From: Escherichia phage HK1
Direction: 5' to 3' (one strand)
Sequence record: PP514360
Length of the DNA stretch: 44,319 bases
Made by a program: the position numbers and the translations under genes. Within the stretch, counting starts at the first letter, position 1, and each line of letters begins with the position of its first letter. Of the stretch, positions 25,201 to 32,312 are shown piece by piece. Below the pieces are notes generated by a model. The model worked only from the letters and a program-made list of their open reading frames with translations. It ran no database searches and had not been told where the DNA came from.

Positions 25201-25965
25201 TTAGCGCGGAATACCGCAAATCTCGTTGAGAGTTTTCACGTCCAGCGCCACCGCCGAGGATTTTGGCTTGTCCGGGTACGGGATGAATTGCTCAACTTCA
25301 GGCCATGCCTTAATCAGCTTCTTATCGGTATTGTGCATATCCAGCACGCCGGTAACAGTTAGTTTGAACGCGTCATACTTAGCCCGCAACTCACGGCGGG
25401 CCTTGTCGTTACGGTCTAGGCGCTTGCAGAAATCATGGTCCGCCGGGTAGTCTACGCGACCGCGTGGGAGATATATCGGCAGCGCTTTCCCGTCCTCGTC
25501 CACTTCGCACACTGAAGCCAGCATAACTGTCTCGAACCCCGGAACGATATCGCCGAGATCGGGCGCGAGCTTATTCATATATTTCTCTTCCCAGTACCCG
25601 CGATGCACGCGGTATTGGCGACCGTCTCCACTCAATGACAAGGTGCGAACATTTCCGCCTGCGTTGATTTCGAAAGTGGCGTCGTAAACGCTGCCGATAC
25701 CTTTCGGGCGGTCGGAGTTATAACTATACGTCGCCTTGTTGGTGTATACGCTGACGCCGTACATCTGCGACTGGTCGTCGCGAATTGCCTTGATATGCTC
25801 GCGGAGCGCTGCGAACGTGCGAATGCCTTCTGGCATACAGTCCAGCGTAATGGCATAAGCCAGATCGCGCGAGTCCATCATGATTTGTTTGGCTTCGGTC
25901 GCTATTTCGTGGTCGCGCAGGATGTTAGCCAGGATCTGATTTTTAATGTCTTTCGTCAGTCTCAT
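25201..25965 (-). CDS. hypothetical protein (254 aa), antisense to the structural module
   Basis: Minus-strand ORF with GAGGA SD upstream of ATG at 25965; ends at a shared convergent terminator (25176-25198). Confidence 0.6.
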   Translation of the reverse strand: MRLTKDIKNQILANILRDHEIATEAKQIMMDSRDLAYAITLDCMPEGIRTFAALREHIKAIRDDQSQMYGVSVYTNKATYSYNSDRPKGIGSVYDATFEINAGGNVRTLSLSGDGRQYRVHRGYWEEKYMNKLAPDLGDIVPGFETVMLASVCEVDEDGKALPIYLPRGRVDYPADHDFCKRLDRNDKARRELRAKYDAFKLTVTGVLDMHNTDKKLIKAWPEVEQFIPYPDKPKSSAVALDVKTLNEICGIPR

Positions 25966-26004
25966 TTTTATGTCCTCATTATTGGGGCTTTCGCCCCGGT
26001 TGGT

Positions 26005-26319
26005 TTAGTTGAATTTGATGTTGCCACCGGTGGAAGTTAAGCGGGCACATACAGCTTCAACGGCATCGACGCACATGAAATCGTTAAAGGCTTCGACCAG
26101 GGCGTTTATGAAAGATGCCGGAACCAGGCCGCAAGCCGGATTATCAAATGTTGCGGAGTTGATCGCCGCTTTTGCCGCTTCGGAAGCATTCATGCTCTGG
26201 CACAGATTCAGCGCTTCCGCGTTACGCATTGCGTGAAAGGTAAAGGTATTCGCTACGGTAGCTTTATTGAAACGGGCCATTGCGGCGTCTACTGGAGTTG
26301 CTACGGTCATGTTAGTCAT
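26005..26319 (-). CDS. hypothetical protein (~104 aa), antisense to the structural module
   Basis: Minus-strand ORF; start chosen at MTNMTV (AAGGAAA SD); alternatives at 26334 (ATG) and 26370 (TTG). Promoter TTGCAC-18-TATATT at 26355-26384. Confidence 0.5.
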   Translation of the reverse strand: MTNMTVATPVDAAMARFNKATVANTFTFHAMRNAEALNLCQSMNASEAAKAAINSATFDNPACGLVPASFINALVEAFNDFMCVDAVEAVCARLTSTGGNIKFN

Positions 26320-26354
26320 CTTGTTTTCCTTCATATCTCTGTTGGTGTGCAACC

Positions 26355-26384
26355 AATATAGCGCAACCAATTCCCGCAGTGCAA
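26355..26384 (-). promoter_or_regulatory. sigma70-like promoter of the antisense cassette with ATTGGTTGC motifs
   Basis: Minus strand TTGCAC-18 nt-TATATT followed by GGTTGCACACCAACA, the same post-box sequence as at 15635-15649. Confidence 0.45.
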
Positions 26385-26474
26385 GCGAATTTTGCGATTA
26401 TTTTTATCACTGATAATATTAGAGGCGTGAAGTCGAGCGGGTGGCCCGCTCTGCCACAATCCCAGGGGGATAGC

Positions 26475-27176
26475 ATGAAACTTACTAAAGCAGAATATGA
26501 CGCGTTGCCGGAAGGTATGAAGGCGCTTTTTGTTGCCGATGGCGATGGGTATAAATCAACGTTCATGACCGCCGAAGAAGTACAGGCGGAGATCAAGGGT
26601 CTGAAAGACAACAATGCGAAGCTGGTGAGCGAGAAGAAAGCAGAAGCCGAACGCCGCGCCGAAGCTGAGCGCCTTGCGAAAGAGAAAGAGGAAGCCGCCG
26701 CGCGCAAAAATGGCGACCTCGAAGCGATCGACAAGTCCTGGAAGGATAAGTTTGCGAAATACGAAGCAGACACATCGGGAAAAATCGAAGCCTACCGCAA
26801 GCAGATCCACGATCTAACCATCGGCAGCGCTGCCAAAGATTTGGCCTCGAAGCTGTTCGGTAAGAATGCTGGAATCATGCAACGCCACGTAATGGACCGC
26901 CTGACGCTGGAAGACGGCGAAGACGGCAGCTTGAAGGTGCGTGTCTTGCAGGATGGTAAACCGTCCGCGCTGACTATGGAAGAGCTTGAAAAAGAGTTCC
27001 GTAATAACGCCGATTTTGCATCCGTCCTGGCTGGCACGCCAGCCGGTGGTGCGCCGAGCAAACCGACGCATGTTGTCGAAGATGTGAAGTCGAAAATCTC
27101 TATGGGCCACAGCTTCGGCATCACCGATCTGACGAAACAGGCTGGTGAAATCATCGCTAAAATGGGCGACGAGTAA
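26475..27176 (+). CDS. putative scaffolding protein
   Basis: MKLTKAEYDALPEGMKALF...; Glu/Lys/Ala-rich helical region; directly precedes the major capsid gene; AGGGGGA SD; followed by a terminator. Confidence 0.55.
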   Translation: MKLTKAEYDALPEGMKALFVADGDGYKSTFMTAEEVQAEIKGLKDNNAKLVSEKKAEAERRAEAERLAKEKEEAAARKNGDLEAIDKSWKDKFAKYEADTSGKIEAYRKQIHDLTIGSAAKDLASKLFGKNAGIMQRHVMDRLTLEDGEDGSLKVRVLQDGKPSALTMEELEKEFRNNADFASVLAGTPAGGAPSKPTHVVEDVKSKISMGHSFGITDLTKQAGEIIAKMGDE

Positions 27177-27182
27177 GCAAAT

Positions 27183-27207
27183 TGCCCGCTTTCGCGGGCA
27201 ATTTTGC
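27183..27207 (+). terminator. intrinsic terminator after the scaffold gene
   Basis: TTGCCCGC-tttc-GCGGGCAA followed by TTTTG. Confidence 0.6.
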
Positions 27208-27273
27208 GAGCGCGTAAATCTAAGGTAACATTAACGGTACTGGGCGAATGCTCACAACTCAAAGGATTTCGAT

Positions 27274-28368
27274 ATGTCTTTAACAGTGTTCCAGCGTAAA
27301 CTCGTCACCGCGGTTACGCAAATGATCCCCGATAACCTGAACGTGTTCAACGCCGCCGCAAATGGCGCTGTTGTTCTCGGTACGGGTGAAGTGCTGAAGG
27401 ATGTTGTAGAAAAAATGTCCGTAGGCTTGATCGCCAACCTCGTTACCGACCGTAATGCCTACGCCCCTGTCGGTACTCCGGCGACTGCAAAAGTGCTGGC
27501 GCGTATGCTGACCAACTCGGTTAACCTTTCCGCGAAAGTGGGTCCGGTAGCAATCACTAAGTCCATGATGGCTAAGATCGAAACCAACGTTAACAGCGTT
27601 GCGGCTGAGATTGCGGCGCAGGCTACTCAAGCGATTATGCTGCATTACCTGAAAGCGGGCATCGGCGCAAGTAAAGCGGCGATCGAGAGCAACGAAGCGG
27701 CAAAATACACCCAACCGGCGCGCGTTGACGGCGTTGGCGGTCGTACATTCCCGACCCTGGCAGACTTCCCGCTGGCGGCTTCTAAGTTCGGCGATCAGGC
27801 GTCTTTGATTAAATCCTGGTTTATGGACGGCGTTACCTGGGCAAACTTCATTGCTTACCAGGCGCTCCCTTCCGCTGAGCAGGTATTCGCGATCGGCGAT
27901 CTGCAAGTGATGGGCGACGGCCTGGGCCGCCGTTTCATTATCTCCGATGCCGCTGCCGATGCTATGGGTGCTGGCAAAATGCTGGGCCTGGTCCCTGGCG
28001 CGGTTGCAGTTACCACCAACGGCCTCGATATGCTGGCGCAGGAAAAAGGCGGTAACGAGAACATTGAGCGCTGGTGGCAGGGCGAGTTCGACTTCAACGT
28101 GGCTGTTAAGGGCTATCGTCTGAAGGCGTCCGCTCGTACTCCGATCGAAGGCGTTCGCTCGTTCAAACTGGACGACATCACCACTTCCGCTAACTGGGAA
28201 CTGGACCAGGGCCAGGTAGACAACGCACCGGCAACCGTTCAGGATGTTGGTGGTGATAGCGATACTAAAGGCCGTCGTAAGACCCAGGCCGCGCAGGCAG
28301 TGCCTACCCGTAACATCAAGGAAACGGCTGGCGTACTGGTTACGCTGACTGCGACCACCGCGTCTTAA
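27274..28368 (+). CDS. major capsid protein
   Basis: 364 aa ORF after the scaffold candidate with AAAGGA SD and its own downstream terminator; call rests on position and size. Confidence 0.7.
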   Translation: MSLTVFQRKLVTAVTQMIPDNLNVFNAAANGAVVLGTGEVLKDVVEKMSVGLIANLVTDRNAYAPVGTPATAKVLARMLTNSVNLSAKVGPVAITKSMMAKIETNVNSVAAEIAAQATQAIMLHYLKAGIGASKAAIESNEAAKYTQPARVDGVGGRTFPTLADFPLAASKFGDQASLIKSWFMDGVTWANFIAYQALPSAEQVFAIGDLQVMGDGLGRRFIISDAAADAMGAGKMLGLVPGAVAVTTNGLDMLAQEKGGNENIERWWQGEFDFNVAVKGYRLKASARTPIEGVRSFKLDDITTSANWELDQGQVDNAPATVQDVGGDSDTKGRRKTQAAQAVPTRNIKETAGVLVTLTATTAS

Positions 28369-28386
28369 CGGGCGCACATCCCAAAT

Positions 28387-28412
28387 GGGCGGGCTTATGC
28401 CCGCCTTTTTTA
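28387..28412 (+). terminator. intrinsic terminator after the major capsid gene
   Basis: GGGCGGGC-ttat-GCCCGCC followed by TTTTTT. Confidence 0.65.
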
Positions 28413-28426
28413 TAGGAGAGAATACA

Positions 28427-28927
28427 ATGTATGGCGACCAGCAGACCTTTGTTGTTTATGCCGCTGCGCGAGGCGTTGAAATTACGCAGAGCGACGCAAC
28501 GCGACACCTTACCATCGTTAATGATTTCCTTAACGGCATAGCCTGGATCGGCGAACAAGCGGACCCGACCGGAATTGACGCATGGCCCCGCGTCAACTAC
28601 CCGTCAGACGGTAAGCCGGTGCGAAACACGCTTACTGAAGATTTGGCAGTAGTTCCCGCTGGGCAGATTGTAGACTTCGCATCAATCCCTGTAGCCGTGG
28701 AGCAAGCCGTTTACAGGTTGGCGATGTTGGTGGCGGACGAGGTTGATATTTCTCCTGTTGGCAGCGGGAAGGAGACTATCCGCGAAACTGTTGGCCCGAT
28801 CACGATGGAATATGACCCTGCGACGATTGGCAGCGGTGTCTCGTTCCCGTGGTGGGATGGCTTGCTGGGCCACTGGATTGACTCCGACGGCAACGCAGCG
28901 GGTAATTTTGACGTATTCCGGGGGTGA
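28427..28927 (+). CDS. structural protein (putative head-tail connector/adaptor)
   Basis: ORF MYGDQQTFVVYAAARGVEI... with AGGAGA SD; position between capsid and tail genes. Confidence 0.45.
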   Translation: MYGDQQTFVVYAAARGVEITQSDATRHLTIVNDFLNGIAWIGEQADPTGIDAWPRVNYPSDGKPVRNTLTEDLAVVPAGQIVDFASIPVAVEQAVYRLAMLVADEVDISPVGSGKETIRETVGPITMEYDPATIGSGVSFPWWDGLLGHWIDSDGNAAGNFDVFRG

Positions 28928-29025
28928 TATGAATCCTGCATTTCTGGCGGCTATTATCGCCGCAAATACTAAACGCCAACCAGAACCCGCGCCAGAACCA
29001 GAACCACCGGTACAGGAGGATGATA

Positions 29026-29379
29026 ATGGCGGGCTTTAATTACACGGGTTTAAAGCGGAAAGTTAATCCGCTGATTAAAAAATTCGGCATGACGGCTACG
29101 GTGACGCGCCCTGGCACCGTCGACCGCGTAGACGGAGACGAAGTGGTCATCCCTGCGACCTCGTTTGACGTTATAGGGCTTCGCGAGGAGTACAAGCCTA
29201 GCGAGATCGACGGGACGCGTATCGTTGCCGGGGATGTGAAGTTTTTGTGCCAGGCGGTAAAGCAGGTGACGGTAGGGGATTTGGTCCGCCTGAACGGCAC
29301 TGACTACAGGGTCATCAACCCTAACCCACTGCAACCGGCGGGCACTACCATGCTGTTTCAACTACAGCTAAGGGGCTAA
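29026..29379 (+). CDS. structural protein (putative head closure / head-tail joining)
   Basis: ORF MAGFNYTGLKRK... with AGGAGGA SD; position in the neck module. Confidence 0.45.
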   Translation: MAGFNYTGLKRKVNPLIKKFGMTATVTRPGTVDRVDGDEVVIPATSFDVIGLREEYKPSEIDGTRIVAGDVKFLCQAVKQVTVGDLVRLNGTDYRVINPNPLQPAGTTMLFQLQLRG

Positions 29380-29380
29380 T

Positions 29381-29974
29381 GTGGCTGAAGTCTACTCATT
29401 CGCCGCCACTATCGCTACATGGGTGGATAAGACGAAGGAGAACAACGACAAGGCGGTGCGGGCTTACGGTATGCAAATACTCGGACGCCTGATCGAGATA
29501 TCCCCGGTGGGCGACCCTCGCCGGTGGAAGATTAACAGGGCTTACGCGCTGGCCAGCCAGCACGCGAACAAGGTGAACGTCGCACAGCGCCGCAAGAATG
29601 GCGGCAAACTGAAGCGCGGGCAGAAGAAGCACGCCAGTGTGCTGGTATCATTCAAGACTAAAAACGGCAATGTGACATTCCGCCAGCGTGGCTGGGCTGC
29701 GAAGAATTACACCGGCGGACGCTTCCGGGGAAACTGGCAGGTGACATTTGACCGCCCTGCTGTCGGCGCTATTGACCGTGTTGACAAGGCCGGAACGGCA
29801 ACATTAGCCGCAGGTCGTGAAGTGCTGGCGCACTATGATTCGAGTGAATACGGGTCGATCTGGTTTACTAACAACGTGCCATACGCGCAGCGCCTGGAGT
29901 ATGGCTGGAGTAAACAAGCGCCCGCGGGAATTGTTCGCGTTGTAGCGGCAGAAATTAATTCGAAGGTGAAATAA
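29381..29974 (+). CDS. structural protein (putative neck/tail completion), GTG start
   Basis: ORF MAEVYSFAATIATW... begins with GTG at 29381 (AAGGGG SD); the adjacent ATG at 29379 is in a frame that terminates quickly. Confidence 0.45.
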   Translation: MAEVYSFAATIATWVDKTKENNDKAVRAYGMQILGRLIEISPVGDPRRWKINRAYALASQHANKVNVAQRRKNGGKLKRGQKKHASVLVSFKTKNGNVTFRQRGWAAKNYTGGRFRGNWQVTFDRPAVGAIDRVDKAGTATLAAGREVLAHYDSSEYGSIWFTNNVPYAQRLEYGWSKQAPAGIVRVVAAEINSKVK

Positions 29975-30396
29975 TGAGCAATACCGCAATCCGCAAAGCG
30001 CTTAACAGCGTGGTAGAAGAGTTATCGGTAAGCCTGAGCACTAGCCAGCGTCCGATTAGGGTTAACTGGGAGAACGTGAGCGGCGACCACGCAAACGGCA
30101 GCGGTGTCTACCTGGAGCCGTACCTGCTACCGGCCCCAACCCAGTTTGTGGGCATCCAGCAGAAGGGCCGGATCTATGCTGGCGTATATCAGGTTGCCGT
30201 GGTGTTCCCCGCGGGCACTGGTACACAGTATGCGAGCGAACTTGCGGACGCCATCGCGACGTCGGATAAATGGCAGGCCGTAAGGATTTCCGGAGCGGCC
30301 TTCCAGCTTCAGGACTCGCCGTATACCAGTTCGGTGGTCGAGGACGTTGATCGCGCCCGCATCGTGGTTACAGTCCCCTACACCTGTTGCGCCTGA
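29974..30396 (+). CDS. structural protein (putative tail terminator/completion)
   Basis: 140 aa ORF; start overlaps the upstream stop (TAATG); precedes the major tail protein. Confidence 0.45.
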   Translation: MSNTAIRKALNSVVEELSVSLSTSQRPIRVNWENVSGDHANGSGVYLEPYLLPAPTQFVGIQQKGRIYAGVYQVAVVFPAGTGTQYASELADAIATSDKWQAVRISGAAFQLQDSPYTSSVVEDVDRARIVVTVPYTCCA

Positions 30397-30457
30397 TTTG
30401 GCGCAATTATGCGCGTGCTGTATCATTAAACCGTATATCTAAACAGGAGCGTTCATT

Positions 30458-31183
30458 ATGGGTTATCAACTTCCTAACGGGTCCAGCGTGCAGATTGGGT
30501 CCGTATTAGGTGCAGGCATCGCAGTTACGGCAGCGACCAACGCCGCGGCGTCGATCTCCGACCTTACGCAAGGTTGCGTAATTACCTGCGCTGCTTCGCA
30601 TGGCCTGGTTGTAGGCGACGTTGTTATGTTCACTAAAACCCCGTGGGTCCGTGCGCTGAACCGCGCGTTCATCGTGGGTAAAGTGGATACTAACGACGTG
30701 ACGCTGGCGCGCTTCGACACCTCGGACGTCACCAAATACCCGACCGGTGCTTTCGGCGCAGGCACACCTGGTGAGGTGGTGAAGGTGTCGAGCTTTATCG
30801 ACTTCCCGTTTATCACTAACGTTGCCGTGTCTGGCGGCGACCAGCAGACCACCACCTTCCAGCCGTTGCAGGTGAATACCGCGATCAGTCTGAACACCAC
30901 GAAAAACCCGTTGGTCCAGACCTACACTTTCACCCACGACGAAGAAGACCCGATCCGCCCGATTCTGGAAGACCTGGACGACACACAGAAAACCACTGTG
31001 ATTAAGTTCACCAACCCGGCAGCGGCAAGCGGCAAAGGTGAGATCCGTATTTACCCGGCGAAGGTGTCTTTCCGGAAGATTCCATCGGCTGAAGTAAACA
31101 ACGTGGAGACGGTGGAGTCCACCCTCACTATGCAGTCCGATATGGTTATTTACCGTAAAGATCTGGTCGAGGCATTGTCTTGA
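30458..31183 (+). CDS. major tail protein
   Basis: 241 aa ORF with AGGAG SD, followed by a terminator and then the G/GT chaperone pair and tape measure (conserved siphovirus order). Confidence 0.65.
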   Translation: MGYQLPNGSSVQIGSVLGAGIAVTAATNAAASISDLTQGCVITCAASHGLVVGDVVMFTKTPWVRALNRAFIVGKVDTNDVTLARFDTSDVTKYPTGAFGAGTPGEVVKVSSFIDFPFITNVAVSGGDQQTTTFQPLQVNTAISLNTTKNPLVQTYTFTHDEEDPIRPILEDLDDTQKTTVIKFTNPAAASGKGEIRIYPAKVSFRKIPSAEVNNVETVESTLTMQSDMVIYRKDLVEALS

Positions 31184-31213
31184 TTTGGTCGCTTAAATAG
31201 CGGGTGTTAATAT

Positions 31214-31237
31214 GGGGCCAGCACGGCCCCTTTTTTA
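31214..31237 (+). terminator. intrinsic terminator after the major tail gene (GGGGCC-N-GGCCCC family)
   Basis: GGGGCC-agcac-GGCCCC followed by TTTTTT. Confidence 0.6.
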
Positions 31238-31252
31238 TTGGAGAATACTACA

Positions 31253-31615
31253 ATGGCTAAAGCACCACTCTTTACACTTGACCCTAAGCCTACTTTTAAG
31301 CTGCCGATTGAGATCCCGCGCCCAGGCGAAAACGAACCGGGCAAAATGACGTTTACCGTGCGCCACCGTCCGATCGACGAATTTTCGCAGACCATGCAGG
31401 ACACGGAGCGCAAGCTGTCGGAATACGACGACAACGACCAGGAAGGCTTTAACGTTATGGTCGAGGCCATCATGCACGTCGCTGAAGGCTGGAATCTGCC
31501 AGATGAATTTAACGCGGAGAACGTCCGCCGCCTGGTGGTTAACTACCCTCGCGCGTTCGGTGTGTTCCACACGTCGTACTATCTCGAACTAATGGGACTG
31601 CGTGAAAAAAACTAA
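31253..31615 (+). CDS. tail assembly chaperone (lambda G-like)
   Basis: 120 aa ORF directly upstream of the tape measure; GGAGAA SD; ends with slippery A_AAA_AAC immediately before its stop. Confidence 0.65.
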   Translation: MAKAPLFTLDPKPTFKLPIEIPRPGENEPGKMTFTVRHRPIDEFSQTMQDTERKLSEYDDNDQEGFNVMVEAIMHVAEGWNLPDEFNAENVRRLVVNYPRAFGVFHTSYYLELMGLREKN

Positions 31616-31929
31616 TTGAGGCGGCGCGACGCTTTTATGGCCCGCCGCCACCCTCCGAAGATTTAGCAGCAAGTTTATGGGGTGCGTCCCCCGAAGATGT
31701 TTGTCCGCCTGTTGCACTATGGCCCGACAACGCGAAGATAGTCGCAGTCTTCACCGATTGCGCCACTCAATGGCGCACAGGATTCGGTGGCGCATACGGC
31801 ATCGACTATGGCGTGCTGGAGTGGCTATTCAAGATGCACGGCATCGAAAACGCGCAACGTGCGTTTAAAGATATCAAGCTAATGGAACGCGTTGCGCTGG
31901 ACGAAATGGCGCGACAGAACCCCGCATAA
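31253..31929 (+). CDS. tail assembly chaperone frameshift product (lambda GT-like, -1 frameshift at 31606-31612)
   Basis: The -1 frame is open from the slippery heptamer to the TAA at 31927-31929 (about 105 extra codons, checked codon by codon). Confidence 0.55.
31606..31612 (+). other. programmed -1 ribosomal frameshift slippery heptamer (A_AAA_AAC)
   Basis: In the G frame the codons are GAA AAA AAC TAA; the heptamer A AAA AAC fits the X_XXY_YYZ pattern and the -1 frame is open to 31929. Confidence 0.55.
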
Positions 31930-31933
31930 CGAA

Positions 31934-31967
31934 GCGGGACAAAACGGGACGTCCCGTTTTGTCCCGC
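31934..31967. promoter_or_regulatory. perfect 34-bp palindrome built from GCGGGACA units
   Basis: GCGGGACAAAACGGGAC|GTCCCGTTTTGTCCCGC, five nt after the GT stop codon; candidate operator or hairpin. Confidence 0.55.
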
Positions 31968-32075
31968 CGCCATTAAACCGCATATATACTCACTTTCATT
32001 GCATAAACTAAAAGCGGGACGGGGTGCTGTCCCGATCTGTCCCACCCCTTAAAAGTGAATAGCTATGCGGTTTTT

Positions 32076-32250
32076 CTGCATAAAACAAACGGGACAGAAA
32101 GCGGGACAGAATGAGGCGGGACAAAGCGGGACAGCACCCCGTCCCCGTCAGTGCTGCCGCGGGTTTTAGCCGATCGGGACAGGCGGGACAAAGCCCAGTC
32201 TTTCAGACTAGACGGGGGTCATCGGCCCCCCTCGTCTGAGACTGAATAAG
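32076..32250. repeat. copy B of duplicated non-coding module (GCGGGACA array plus GC-rich hairpin)
   Basis: Same order of elements as copy A with a few substitutions; hairpin arms conserved while the loop differs (tcatcgg versus tctgtca). Confidence 0.8.
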
Positions 32251-32312
32251 GTTTGTTTTAAATTCGCTGATACAATGACCGACGGCAACTGCATAAAAAG
32301 GGGGACTGCATA

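Noticed and set aside
27280-28377. 365-aa minus-strand ORF covering the major capsid gene
   Set aside because: Antisense shadow of the capsid gene; Arg/Gly/Ala-rich low-complexity translation, no SD, and it would disrupt the otherwise colinear structural block.
31677-31868. 63-aa plus-strand ORF after the chaperone gene
   Set aside because: It is in a different frame from, and wholly inside, the continuous -1 frame that forms the GT frameshift product; explained by the frameshift model.
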